Below are positions 50,477 to 59,644 of a stretch of DNA of 63,884 nt, one piece after another. Source of the DNA: Xanthobacteraceae bacterium (GTDB lineage Bacteria; Pseudomonadota; Alphaproteobacteria; Rhizobiales; Xanthobacteraceae); the NCBI GenBank assembly GCA_040510745.1, contig JBEVIJ010000075.1:1-63884 (forward strand). Reading direction: 5' to 3'. How positions within the stretch are numbered: the stretch's first letter is position 1; the number at the start of each line of letters is the position of its first letter. A program made the translations under genes and the position numbers. A model generated the notes under the pieces. The model was not told the origin of the DNA and did no database searches. It was given only the letters and a program-made list of their open reading frames with translations.

Positions 50477-50502
50477 AACGCGCCGCCAAGCATTGCCGTT
50501 CC
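50477..50502 (-). promoter_or_regulatory. EcfG/sigmaT-type promoter
   Basis: GGAAC-N17-CGTT. Confidence 0.7.
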
Positions 50503-50511
50503 GCGGATTCA

Positions 50512-50536
50512 GGAACCTTCCGCAATAAGAAACGTT
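50512..50536 (+). promoter_or_regulatory. EcfG/sigmaT-type promoter of csbD
   Basis: GGAAC-N16-CGTT. Confidence 0.8.
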
Positions 50537-50571
50537 GACAGGTACCCCATCCAAACCAAGGGAGATTCCGC

Positions 50572-50775
50572 ATGGACTGGAACCGCGTTGAAGGCAATTG
50601 GAAGCAGGTCAAGGGCAAGGTCAAGGAAAAGTGGGGCCAACTCACGGACGACGATCTCGACACGGTCGCCGGCAAGCGCGACCAGCTCGAGGGCAAGATC
50701 CAGGAGCGCTACGGCATTGCGCGGGATCAGGTCCGCAAGGACATCGACGACTGGTACGGCAGCCAGAAGTGGTAA
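50572..50775 (+). CDS. csbD: CsbD/YjbJ stress protein
   Basis: MDWNRVEGNWKQVKGKVKEKWGQLTDDDL..GKIQERYG. Confidence 0.94.
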   Translation: MDWNRVEGNWKQVKGKVKEKWGQLTDDDLDTVAGKRDQLEGKIQERYGIARDQVRKDIDDWYGSQKW

Positions 50776-50798
50776 TGCTGTTTCTGCGCTGAGTTGCG

Positions 50799-50824
50799 AA
50801 CGGGCTCCTTCGGGGGCCCGTTTT
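50799..50824 (+). terminator. rho-independent terminator
   Basis: CGGGCTCC-ttcg-GGGGCCCG-TTTT. Confidence 0.8.
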
Positions 50825-50842
50825 GCTATATTCATTCGGCGC

Positions 50843-52516
50843 ATGGCCGACACCAAAGACCCAAAAGATTCCCACTCGCTGGCGGATCACAAGCTTGGCG
50901 CCGACCTTGCCCATATTCATGACGGCGATGCTGATCACGATCATGACGACTTCGACGATGGGCCCCTCGAAGACAATCCGCTCTGGCTGCAGGACCACGT
51001 CTCACTGACGAGTGTCGGCATCGACATCGGCTCGGCGGGCACGCAAGTGATTTTCTCCAGGGTCGAGCTGCGCCGGATGGGCGAAGACCTCTCCAGCCGC
51101 TATTTCGTCGTCAACCGCGAGACGCTGTATCGCTCGCCTGTGGCGCTGACGCCCTACCAGAGCGAAGAGCGCATCGACGACGCCGCGCTGCGCGCCATCA
51201 TCGAGCAGGCCTACGGCAGCGCCGGCATCACGCCGGACGACATTGACACCGGCGTGGTGATCCTGACCGGCGAAGCACTGCGACGCGACAACGCGCAGGC
51301 GATCGCCGGAATGCTGGCGGAGCAAGGCGGCGAGTTCGTCTGCGCCACCGCCGGCCATCACATGGAGGCGATGCTGGCGGCCTATGGCTCCGGCGCAGCG
51401 CGCGTCTCGTCCGACCAGAGCAAGCGCATCCTCAATATCGACATCGGCGGCGGCACCACCAAGCTGGCGCTGCTGGAGCAGGGCCGCGTGGTGGCGACAG
51501 CGGCCATCCATATTGGCGGGCGATTGCAGGTGGTGGATGAGAGCGGCATCATCACCCGGCTCGATCCGGCCGGGAAGCACCACGCCGCGCAAGCCGGGTT
51601 CAACTGGGATAAGGGCGACCGCGCCGACGCCGCGGCACTCGACAAGGTCGCGCTCTACATGGCCGACGCACTGCTCGCGGCGATCAAGATGCGGCCCCTG
51701 CCCGCGCCGCTTGCCAAGCTCTATCTCACCGAGCCGATCGCCGAGCTTGGCCGCGTCGACGGCATCATGGTGTCCGGCGGCGTCGCCGAATACGTCTATA
51801 GCCGCGAGGATCGCGATTTCGGCGACATGGGCCGCCGCTTCGGCCAGGCGTTGCGCAAACGGCTCGACGCCGGCGCGCTGCAGTGGCCGCTGCTTCCCGC
51901 CGGCGAGTGCATCCGTGCGACCGCTCTCGGTGCTTCCGAATACAGCGTGCAGCTCTCCGGGAACACCAGCACCATCACCAATCCGGGCGCGCTGCTGCCG
52001 CGGCGCAATCTGCAGGTGCTGCAGCCGCCCTATGTCTGCGAAGAGACGATCGATCCCGACAAGCTCGCGGCCGCTATCCGCGCGCACCTCACCGCGTTTG
52101 ACCTGGTCGATGGCGAAGCCGACATCGCGCTTGCCTTGCGCTGGCGTGGCGCGCCCTCGCACCAGCGCATCTTCGCCTTCGCGCAGGGCATCGTGCGCGG
52201 CATGCCACGGGCGGTGGCGACGAAAAAGCCGCTGTACATCATGCTCGACGGCGATGTGGCGCAGACGCTGGGCGCGATCCTGCGCGAGGAACTCGGCGTC
52301 GAGGGCGAAATCCTGGCGATCGACGGCGTGGTGCTGTGGGACTTCGACTACATCGACCTCGGCAAGATACGGCTGCCGTCGATGACGGTGCCGGTGACGA
52401 TCAAGTCACTGGTGTTCAGCGAGGACCCGCGCCTGCCGCGCGGAGAGAAGCATTTGCATCATCACGGGCACACGCACGGTCATGGGCATCATCACCACGG
52501 CCACGAGCATCGTTAG
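50843..52516 (+). CDS. eutA: EutA-like reactivase (actin-like ATPase) with His-rich termini
   Basis: SVGIDIGSAGTQVIFS, VILTGEA, ATAG, NIDIGGGTT, IRATALGAS, VPVTIKSLVF. Confidence 0.8.
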   Translation: MADTKDPKDSHSLADHKLGADLAHIHDGDADHDHDDFDDGPLEDNPLWLQDHVSLTSVGIDIGSAGTQVIFSRVELRRMGEDLSSRYFVVNRETLYRSPVALTPYQSEERIDDAALRAIIEQAYGSAGITPDDIDTGVVILTGEALRRDNAQAIAGMLAEQGGEFVCATAGHHMEAMLAAYGSGAARVSSDQSKRILNIDIGGGTTKLALLEQGRVVATAAIHIGGRLQVVDESGIITRLDPAGKHHAAQAGFNWDKGDRADAAALDKVALYMADALLAAIKMRPLPAPLAKLYLTEPIAELGRVDGIMVSGGVAEYVYSREDRDFGDMGRRFGQALRKRLDAGALQWPLLPAGECIRATALGASEYSVQLSGNTSTITNPGALLPRRNLQVLQPPYVCEETIDPDKLAAAIRAHLTAFDLVDGEADIALALRWRGAPSHQRIFAFAQGIVRGMPRAVATKKPLYIMLDGDVAQTLGAILREELGVEGEILAIDGVVLWDFDYIDLGKIRLPSMTVPVTIKSLVFSEDPRLPRGEKHLHHHGHTHGHGHHHHGHEHR

Positions 52517-53103
52517 CCCAGCAACGCAACCGCCTTTCGCACGCGATCCTTGATCACCACTCCGTCCTTCTCCGGCAAAAATCGCGGCGCATCCTCCCGC
52601 GAAATCCGCACCCGTGCGAACAGCATGCGATTGGACTTGCGAAGCATGCCGGCCAGCACCGTCAAGCCCTCTGGGTCGTACACATCGAGCACGCGCTCGA
52701 AGCCGCAGGCGCGCGCCACGTTGCACAGATCGACGCCGTTCTGGGTATGGCTCGCTTGCATGCCGGTCTCGCCGTAGAGGCCGTTGTCGAAAACGATCAG
52801 GAACAGATTGGGCGGCTGCTTGACGCCGATGGTGGCAAGGCTGCCGAGCCCCATCAGCATCTCGCCGTCGCCGGTGATGACGGCGACGCGCGCCTTCGGC
52901 TGCGCCAGCGCGAGGCCAAGCCCGATCATCGCCGCGCCGCCCATCGCGCCCCAGAGATAAAAGTCGCGGTCGTCGTTGCCGCCGGCTGCCGCCGCCGCGT
53001 CCCAGGCGGTGGAGCCGAGGCCGGGCACGACGAACAGGTTCTGCGGCCGATCGGCCAGTAGCGTCGCCATCGCGGCGCGGCGCTCGAGCGTCTTCTCGGT
53101 CAT
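52513..53103 (-). CDS. ThDP-dependent sulfopyruvate/phosphonopyruvate decarboxylase-like, beta subunit
   Basis: FYLWGAMG, GDGEMLMGLGSL..DNG ThDP motif. Confidence 0.82.
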   Translation of the reverse strand: MTEKTLERRAAMATLLADRPQNLFVVPGLGSTAWDAAAAAGGNDDRDFYLWGAMGGAAMIGLGLALAQPKARVAVITGDGEMLMGLGSLATIGVKQPPNLFLIVFDNGLYGETGMQASHTQNGVDLCNVARACGFERVLDVYDPEGLTVLAGMLRKSNRMLFARVRISREDAPRFLPEKDGVVIKDRVRKAVALLG

Positions 53104-53645
53104 TTCCACACCTTGCGGCCGATCAGCTTCTGCGACAGCAACACCGCCGCGGCGCGGTCGCCGCCGAACGCGATCTGCGCGGCCGATTGCGCCAGCGGAA
53201 CGACCTGATCGGGCGATTCCGCCATCGTGACGTGAGTGTCGCAAAGTTCGAGCGTCGGCTTGACGATCGCGCCCATCGGCACCTGCCACGGGTTGAACTC
53301 CTCCCACTCGCCGCGCATCGTCACCAGCATCAGCATCGGGAAGCGGCAGGCGCGCACCAGCGACAGCATGTTCACGCAGTTGCCGACACCGCTCGACTGC
53401 ATCAGCAGCACAGCGCGCTGTCCGCCGAGCCACGCGCCGGCGGCGAGCGCGATGCCCTCCTCCTCGGTGGTGAGCGACACGTCATGGACGTCGGGATCGG
53501 CCTTGCAGAGCGCGATCAAGCGCGAATGGCCGGCGTCCGGCACGTAGCCGACCTGGCGGATGTCGGCGCGCTTGAGCACGTCGAACAGTTCATCGGGCCA
53601 CGTCACCGCGGATTTGACGAGCGTGAGATGCGGGGCGTCGGTCAA
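53100..53645 (-). CDS. sulfopyruvate/phosphonopyruvate decarboxylase-like, alpha subunit
   Basis: YVPDAGH, TTEEEG, MQSSGVGN, RGEWEEFNPWQVPMG; TTG start. Confidence 0.82.
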   Translation of the reverse strand: MTDAPHLTLVKSAVTWPDELFDVLKRADIRQVGYVPDAGHSRLIALCKADPDVHDVSLTTEEEGIALAAGAWLGGQRAVLLMQSSGVGNCVNMLSLVRACRFPMLMLVTMRGEWEEFNPWQVPMGAIVKPTLELCDTHVTMAESPDQVVPLAQSAAQIAFGGDRAAAVLLSQKLIGRKVWK

Positions 53646-53679
53646 TGAAAGCTCCTTGCCCTGTCCATAGCGTTCCTGC

Positions 53680-54600
53680 TCAGGCGCGCCAAGGGAGGTC
53701 TGCGGCGTTTTCAGCGAAGAACCATGCGCCGGCGCCGAGTTCCGGTGAGAACGGCACGACCAGCGCCTTGCCGGTGCGGCGCGGGCTGAGCATCGCGGTG
53801 TCCATCAGCTCTTCGGTGTCGCGCAGCGACGCCACCCGGATCGCATAGGCAGCAAGGAACGGCAGGCGCGGCGCCGCCACCTCCGGCACAAGCGCCATCC
53901 ATGCGGTCTCGGTCACGATCTCGACGCGGCCGCGATCGAGCTGGATCGATTGGCCGAACGTCATGGGCCGGGCGGGACGGCCGGTTAGACGCGTGAAGCG
54001 CGCCGTTGCCTCCGCGACGTCGGCCGACACCAGAAGCAGATCCATCAGCGCCAGGGCGCCGTTGGGATGCGACAGCCAGCGCTTCTGCCACACGGTGTCC
54101 TCGGTGCGGTGCGTGAGCAACTGGATGCGGCCCTCGGCCATCGCGCCGCGCTCCAACCGCACCACCGTGAAGGCAGCAACGCCCGGCCCGCCCGCCGTAT
54201 CGACCGGACGCTGGAACTGCACCAGCGGGCGCATCGCAAAGCCGGCATCGGCGATCCGCTGGTGGGTCGCCGGCGCGTCGGCAATCGAGAACGCAGCAAG
54301 ATGCACGCCGGAATGGCCCGCCAGCGCGGCGTCGAATTCGCGTCCGAGCGGCGTGTCGGCGGTCTTGAACAGCACCTCGATGTAACCGCGCGTGAACATC
54401 GCGGTGACGTTGCCGGTGCCGGTCGGCCTGCCGTCGCGGTTGGACTGCACCGACATCGGCGTCGGCGCAAAACCGGCGCGCGCCAGCGCGGCGCTCGCCG
54501 CCTGCGGGTCGGCGACGAAATGGCCGACGTGATCGAGGAAAATTTCGCCGCCGATCGGAAGCTGGCGGTCGGCCTCGTGCGGCATCTTGGCAGCGGTCAT
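53680..54600 (-). CDS. VOC/glyoxalase-like protein
   Basis: LDHVGHFV, GFAPTP, GTGN..GYIEVL, HPNGALAL. Confidence 0.8.
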   Translation of the reverse strand: MTAAKMPHEADRQLPIGGEIFLDHVGHFVADPQAASAALARAGFAPTPMSVQSNRDGRPTGTGNVTAMFTRGYIEVLFKTADTPLGREFDAALAGHSGVHLAAFSIADAPATHQRIADAGFAMRPLVQFQRPVDTAGGPGVAAFTVVRLERGAMAEGRIQLLTHRTEDTVWQKRWLSHPNGALALMDLLLVSADVAEATARFTRLTGRPARPMTFGQSIQLDRGRVEIVTETAWMALVPEVAAPRLPFLAAYAIRVASLRDTEELMDTAMLSPRRTGKALVVPFSPELGAGAWFFAENAADLPWRA

Positions 54601-54676
54601 GCGGAAGGCTCAGTTCTCACCGGTGTTCTGTTAGCATATTGATGGCCGGAACCGCAGCCGCTGCAAAGGATCCACG

Positions 54677-55648
54677 ATGAATCGCCGCGAATTGATCAAA
54701 TTTGGAATTGCTTCGGCCGCCGCCGCGCTGCCAACCCCCGCCTTCGCCTATCCGGATCGGCCGATCCGGCTGATCGTGCCCTTTTCGCCGGGCGGCGCCA
54801 CCGACGTTGCGGCGCGGCTGTGGGCGGAGCGCATGAAAGGTCCGCTCGGCACCGTGGTGATCGAAAACAAGGGCGGCGGCGGCGGGGTGATCGGCGCCAC
54901 CGAAGTGGCGCGCTCGACGCCGGACGGCCACACGCTGCTGTTCGGCAACACCAGCACGCAGGTGCTGATCCCGGCGATCGCGGAGAAGCCGCCCTACGAT
55001 CCGGTCAAGGATTTCCAGGCGGTGTACCTGATGTGCAATTCGCCGACCTCGATCGTGGTCCACGAGTCGGTACCGGCGAAGACGCTGCTTGAGTTCATTG
55101 CCTACGCCAAGGCCAATCCCACCAAGCTGTCTTACGGCACGGCGGGCACAGGCACACTGACCCATCTGGCGGGCGAGCTGTTCAAGCAGCTGATCGGCGT
55201 GCCTGGCATCACGCACGTGCCGTACAAGGGCGCGGCGCCCGGCGTCGCCGATCTCGCCTCGGGCCACATTCCGATGATGACGCCGAACGTCGGCGGGCCG
55301 CTGCTGCAGTTCCACACCACCGGAAAGGTCCGCATCCTGGCGATCAACGCCGAAACGCGGCTCGCTGCAGCGCCGGACATCCCGACTGCGATCGAGGCCG
55401 GCCTGCCCGGCATGATCGCCGCGAACTTCAACGGCCTGTTCGCGCCGGCCGGCGTGCCGAAGCCGGTCATCGACCGGCTGGCGCAGCTCACCAAGGCGGC
55501 GCTCGCCGAAAAAGAGGTGCAGAACGCGTTGATCAACTCGGGCTTCGAGCCGATTGCGAACTCCGGCCCGGAGGAAGGTCAACAGATGGTAGCGAGCGAG
55601 CTCAAGCGCTGGGCGCCCGTTATCAAAGCGACGAATTTCAAATCATGA
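54677..55648 (+). CDS. Bug/TctC tripartite tricarboxylate transporter substrate-binding protein
   Basis: YPDRPIRLIVPFSPGGATD, PDGHTL, HVPYKG. Confidence 0.93.
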   Translation: MNRRELIKFGIASAAAALPTPAFAYPDRPIRLIVPFSPGGATDVAARLWAERMKGPLGTVVIENKGGGGGVIGATEVARSTPDGHTLLFGNTSTQVLIPAIAEKPPYDPVKDFQAVYLMCNSPTSIVVHESVPAKTLLEFIAYAKANPTKLSYGTAGTGTLTHLAGELFKQLIGVPGITHVPYKGAAPGVADLASGHIPMMTPNVGGPLLQFHTTGKVRILAINAETRLAAAPDIPTAIEAGLPGMIAANFNGLFAPAGVPKPVIDRLAQLTKAALAEKEVQNALINSGFEPIANSGPEEGQQMVASELKRWAPVIKATNFKS

Positions 55649-56637
55649 GCGGCGTCACAATCAACCGGCGTGCGTTTTCCTTCGCGAGTCTTGCCTCGCT
55701 GTCGGTGCTGCCGACATTTGCGTTCGCACAGGCAAAATTTCCAGAGCGTCCGATCAAGCTTGTGGTGCCATTCTCCGCAGGCGGCGTGAACGACGTGGTC
55801 GGCCGCCAGTGGGGCGAGAAGATGAAAGGGCCGCTCGGCGCGGTCTATGTCGAGAACCAGGGCGGCGGCGGCGGCACGATCGGCGCAATGGACGTGGTGC
55901 GCTCGGCGCCAGACGGCCACACGCTGTTCCTCGGCAGCACCAGTACGATGGTGCTCAACGCCATGACCAATCCGAAGCTGCCGTATGATCCGGCGAGCTT
56001 CGAGCCGATCACGATCCTCTGTGTCAGCGCGACATCGATCGCCGTGCACCCGTCGGTGCCGGCGCAGACCATCAAGGAATTCCTCGCCTACGCCAAGGCA
56101 AACGCGGGTAAGCTGTCCTATGGCTCGGCCGGCACCGGTACGATGAGTCATCTGTCCGGCGAGCTGTTCAAGCAGCTCACCGGCGTCAACGACATGACGC
56201 ACATCCCCTACAAGGGCGCCGGACCCGGCATCACCGACCTGGTCAGTGGCCATATCGGCGTGATGTCGCCGAACATCACCGGACAATTGCTGCAGCTTCA
56301 TCAAACCGGAAAGATCCGAATCCTGGCGGTCAACGCGCCGCGGCGTCTCTCGGCGGCGCCGAAGATCCCGACCGCGATCGAGGAAGGCGTACCAAACATG
56401 GTCGGCCAGCTCTTCCTCGGCATCTTCGCGCCGAAGGGAACGCCGCAGGCGGTCGTCGAGCAGATCGCCAAGGCGACGCGGGAGGCGCTGGCCGATGCTG
56501 CCTACCAGAAGGCGTTAAGCGATTCCGGATTCGAGTCGGTGCCAAATTCCGGCCCGGCCGAGGCGCGCCGCACCATGGCCGAGGAAAAGGACCGCTGGGC
56601 GCCGGTCGTCAAGGCGATCGACCTCAAGATGCAGTAG
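55645..56637 (+). CDS. Bug/TctC substrate-binding protein (tandem paralog)
   Basis: FPERPIKLVVPFSAGG, PDGHTL, HIPYKG; ATGA overlap. Confidence 0.93.
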   Translation: MSGVTINRRAFSFASLASLSVLPTFAFAQAKFPERPIKLVVPFSAGGVNDVVGRQWGEKMKGPLGAVYVENQGGGGGTIGAMDVVRSAPDGHTLFLGSTSTMVLNAMTNPKLPYDPASFEPITILCVSATSIAVHPSVPAQTIKEFLAYAKANAGKLSYGSAGTGTMSHLSGELFKQLTGVNDMTHIPYKGAGPGITDLVSGHIGVMSPNITGQLLQLHQTGKIRILAVNAPRRLSAAPKIPTAIEEGVPNMVGQLFLGIFAPKGTPQAVVEQIAKATREALADAAYQKALSDSGFESVPNSGPAEARRTMAEEKDRWAPVVKAIDLKMQ

Positions 56638-58141
56638 CCGCGCCCGCCACCCGCTCCTGCGCGATCCTTTTCAGCGCGGCGCGGTCCATCTTGTTGGTCG
56701 AGGCGAGCGGCAGATCGTCGACAAACCAGACAAAGCGCGGGTGCTGGTAGGCCGGCGCGTTGGCGAGCGCGAATTGCTTGATGTCGTCCTCGCTCGGATG
56801 CTGTCCGGCCCTGGGAACGACGAACGCCACCGGCTTGGTCCCCTTGATGTCGTCGTCAACCGGGATCACCACCGCCTGCCCGACGCCCGGGTGGCGCTCC
56901 AGCATGCGCTCGACGTCGGCCGGATAGATGTTCTCGCCGCCGGAGACGAACATGTCGTCGGTGCGGCCGATGAAATAGTAGAAGCCGTCCTTGTCGCGGC
57001 GAAGCACGTCGCCGGTGATGTAGAAGCCGTCCGGCGTGAGCGGCGGCGCGACATCCGGCCGGTTGTGATAGCCGTTCATGATCGCCGGCGCCTTCATCTC
57101 CAGCACACCCTGCTCGGCGTCGCGATTGCCGCCGTCGACCAGACGGAGTTCAATCTTGGGATGCTTCGCGCCGACCGACGCCTCAGGCTGCGGCAAGCCG
57201 TTCGGATGCGGGCCGAACACGATCATGCCGGCCTCGGTGGTGCCGTACGCATTCGTCACGGCCGCCGCGGGAAACGCTGCACGAGTCGCCGCCATCAGGC
57301 TGGCGCTGACCGGCGCCGAGCCCATGCGGATGAATTCGACGCTGGAAAGATCGGCCTTGGCGAGCGCATCCTGCTCGCGCAGCATCATCGCGATCATCGG
57401 TGGCACCGCGGTTAGCCACGTCGGGCGATAGCGCGAGATCGCGTCGACATAGGCGCGCGCCTCGAAGCGCGGCAGCAGCACGATGGTGGCGTGCGCGGCG
57501 CAGGCGAGCTTGGCCAAAGCGAGCGCGTTCATATGGTAGAGTGGAGCCGCGATCAGGTAGCGGTGCCGGTCGAGCCCTGGCGCGAGGCGCGTCTCCACCA
57601 CCCAGATGTGGCTCTGGTGCGAGAGCACGACGCCTTTCGGCGTGCCGGTCGATCCCGAGGTGTAAAGGAACATCGCCGGCTCGGCTGGCCCCGGCACGAC
57701 CGTTTCGAACGGTCCCGGATCGAGGAAATTCTCGAAGCAATCGTCGCCGCCGCTACCGAACACCACCGCCGGGATTCCGGGAGGACAATCGGCGTGGCGC
57801 GGCCGGTCGCAGAACACGAACTTTGCGCCGCTGTCCTGGATGATGAAATGGATGGTCTTACGCGGAAAGCGGTAGTTCACCGGCACCGCGACGAAGCCCG
57901 CGCGCATGATGCCGTAGTAGGCGGCGAGATACTCGGCGCGGTTCATCGACAGGATCGCGACACGGTCGCCACGCTTGAGGCCACGCTTGGTCAGCGCGCG
58001 CGCGACGCCCATGCACATCACATCGAGCTCGGCGTAGGTGTATTCGCAAGGCGTTTCCTCGCCGCCGAGGTCGATCACCGCGACCTTGGAAAGGTCGCGG
58101 TCGCGGACGATCAGATCGCCGAGATTTTGGAACTGAGCCAT
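56624..58141 (-). CDS. AMP-forming acyl-CoA synthetase
   Basis: YTSGSTGTPKG, YGTTE, TGD, GGENIYP. Confidence 0.92.
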   Translation of the reverse strand: MAQFQNLGDLIVRDRDLSKVAVIDLGGEETPCEYTYAELDVMCMGVARALTKRGLKRGDRVAILSMNRAEYLAAYYGIMRAGFVAVPVNYRFPRKTIHFIIQDSGAKFVFCDRPRHADCPPGIPAVVFGSGGDDCFENFLDPGPFETVVPGPAEPAMFLYTSGSTGTPKGVVLSHQSHIWVVETRLAPGLDRHRYLIAAPLYHMNALALAKLACAAHATIVLLPRFEARAYVDAISRYRPTWLTAVPPMIAMMLREQDALAKADLSSVEFIRMGSAPVSASLMAATRAAFPAAAVTNAYGTTEAGMIVFGPHPNGLPQPEASVGAKHPKIELRLVDGGNRDAEQGVLEMKAPAIMNGYHNRPDVAPPLTPDGFYITGDVLRRDKDGFYYFIGRTDDMFVSGGENIYPADVERMLERHPGVGQAVVIPVDDDIKGTKPVAFVVPRAGQHPSEDDIKQFALANAPAYQHPRFVWFVDDLPLASTNKMDRAALKRIAQERVAGAATAS

Positions 58142-58153
58142 CGGCCCGCCGGG

Positions 58154-58588
58154 TTATGCCTTCGGCGGCGGCGGAGGTGCGGTGAGATAGGTGCCCCGCC
58201 CGCTTGCCAGCAGCTTGCCCTGCGCGTCGAGGATGCGCGCCTCGGCAACCGAGAACTGCGACCCCATCCGCACGATCTTGCCCTTGATCGTGAGATCGCC
58301 CGGCAGGGCGACCGAATGATAGTCGACCCGCATGTCGATGGTCGGCACGCCGCGGCCGGTCTTGCGGACCATCGCCCAGTCGGCACCGAGGTCGATCAGC
58401 GCGGCGAGAACGCCGCCATGGGTGAAGCGCCGTTCCAGGTTCACCACCCACTCCTCGCGCCAGGTGGCTTTCAGCTCGATGGCGTCGTCTTCGACCGCGA
58501 TCACCTTGAGACCAAGCCATTGGTGGTACGGGGCGCGGGTGACCAGCGCCTGGACTTGTTCAAGCGTCAGATCGGCTCCATCGCTCAT
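58154..58588 (-). CDS. PaaI-family thioesterase
   Basis: HGGVLAALID, TIDMRVDYH. Confidence 0.9.
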   Translation of the reverse strand: MSDGADLTLEQVQALVTRAPYHQWLGLKVIAVEDDAIELKATWREEWVVNLERRFTHGGVLAALIDLGADWAMVRKTGRGVPTIDMRVDYHSVALPGDLTIKGKIVRMGSQFSVAEARILDAQGKLLASGRGTYLTAPPPPPKA

Positions 58589-59604
58589 GGCGTCACCACG
58601 ACTTTGCCAATCACTTCACGGTCCTGAATGAGCCGCAAGCCTTCGGCTGCCTGCTCCAGCGGCAGCACCTTGTCGATCACCGGCTTGATGCGGCCCTGCT
58701 GGATCATGGTCATCAGCCCGGCGAGGTCGTCGTCGTAGAAGCTGTTCGAGCCCTTGATCTCGATCTCGAAGCTCCAGACGTAGCGCAGGTCTTCCTTCGG
58801 GTCATAACCGGCGGTCGCGCCACACACCAAGAGCTTGCCGCCGCGCTTGAGGCAACGCAGCGACGGCACCCAGGTGTCGCCGCCGGTGAAGTTCACCACC
58901 ACGTCGACGCCACCCTCGTAGGAGCGCCGCTGCGGCTTGCCGTATTTCTCCACCGCCCATTTCGACCAGTCGGTCTTGGTGTAGTCGACCGCCTCGTCGG
59001 CGCCCATCTCCTTCAGGCGGCGCAGCTTCTCATCGCTCGACGCACACGCGATCACCTCGCAGCCGAGCATCTTGCCGAGCAGCACGCAGCCGGTGCCGAC
59101 GCCGCCCGAGGCGCCGAGCACGATCATGCGGTCGCCCCTCTTCACGGTGTTATGGGTGATCAGCATACGGTGCGCGGTGCCGTAGGCGACCGGGAGCGAC
59201 GCCGCGTCCTCGAACGACACGCCGTTGGGCATCGCGACGAGCTGGTCGGCCGCGACGAGGCAGAATTCCGCCATGCCGCCGTCGAGCATCTCGCCCATCA
59301 GGCCCTTCTTCTTGTTGACAGGATTGACCAGCACGCGGTCGCCGGCCTTCCACTTCGACACGCCGGCGCCGACCTCGGAGATCTCGCCGGCCATGTCGAG
59401 CCCGATGACCACCGGCAGCGGCACCTTGATGCCGGGCATCCCCTTCACCGTGAACACGTCGTGATAGTTGAACGACGAGGCGCGCACGCGAATCACCACA
59501 TGGCCTTCGGTGGCCTGCGGCATCGGGTAGTCACCAACCACCTGCAGTTCATCCAGCCCGCCGTGCTTCTTCAACACCAGCGCCTTCATCGTCTTGTCAG
59601 CCAC
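58585..59604 (-). CDS. medium-chain dehydrogenase/quinone oxidoreductase
   Basis: NYHD, PVAYGTAHRML, GASGGVG, CGATAG. Confidence 0.88.
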   Translation of the reverse strand: MADKTMKALVLKKHGGLDELQVVGDYPMPQATEGHVVIRVRASSFNYHDVFTVKGMPGIKVPLPVVIGLDMAGEISEVGAGVSKWKAGDRVLVNPVNKKKGLMGEMLDGGMAEFCLVAADQLVAMPNGVSFEDAASLPVAYGTAHRMLITHNTVKRGDRMIVLGASGGVGTGCVLLGKMLGCEVIACASSDEKLRRLKEMGADEAVDYTKTDWSKWAVEKYGKPQRRSYEGGVDVVVNFTGGDTWVPSLRCLKRGGKLLVCGATAGYDPKEDLRYVWSFEIEIKGSNSFYDDDLAGLMTMIQQGRIKPVIDKVLPLEQAAEGLRLIQDREVIGKVVVTP

Positions 59605-59644
59605 GTGCTCCTCCGCACTCGTTCGTCTCTTGCTTAGCCCAGTG

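Noticed and set aside
50372-50842. N-terminal extension of EutA
   Set aside because: Overlaps csbD and its terminator; ATG 50843 is more plausible
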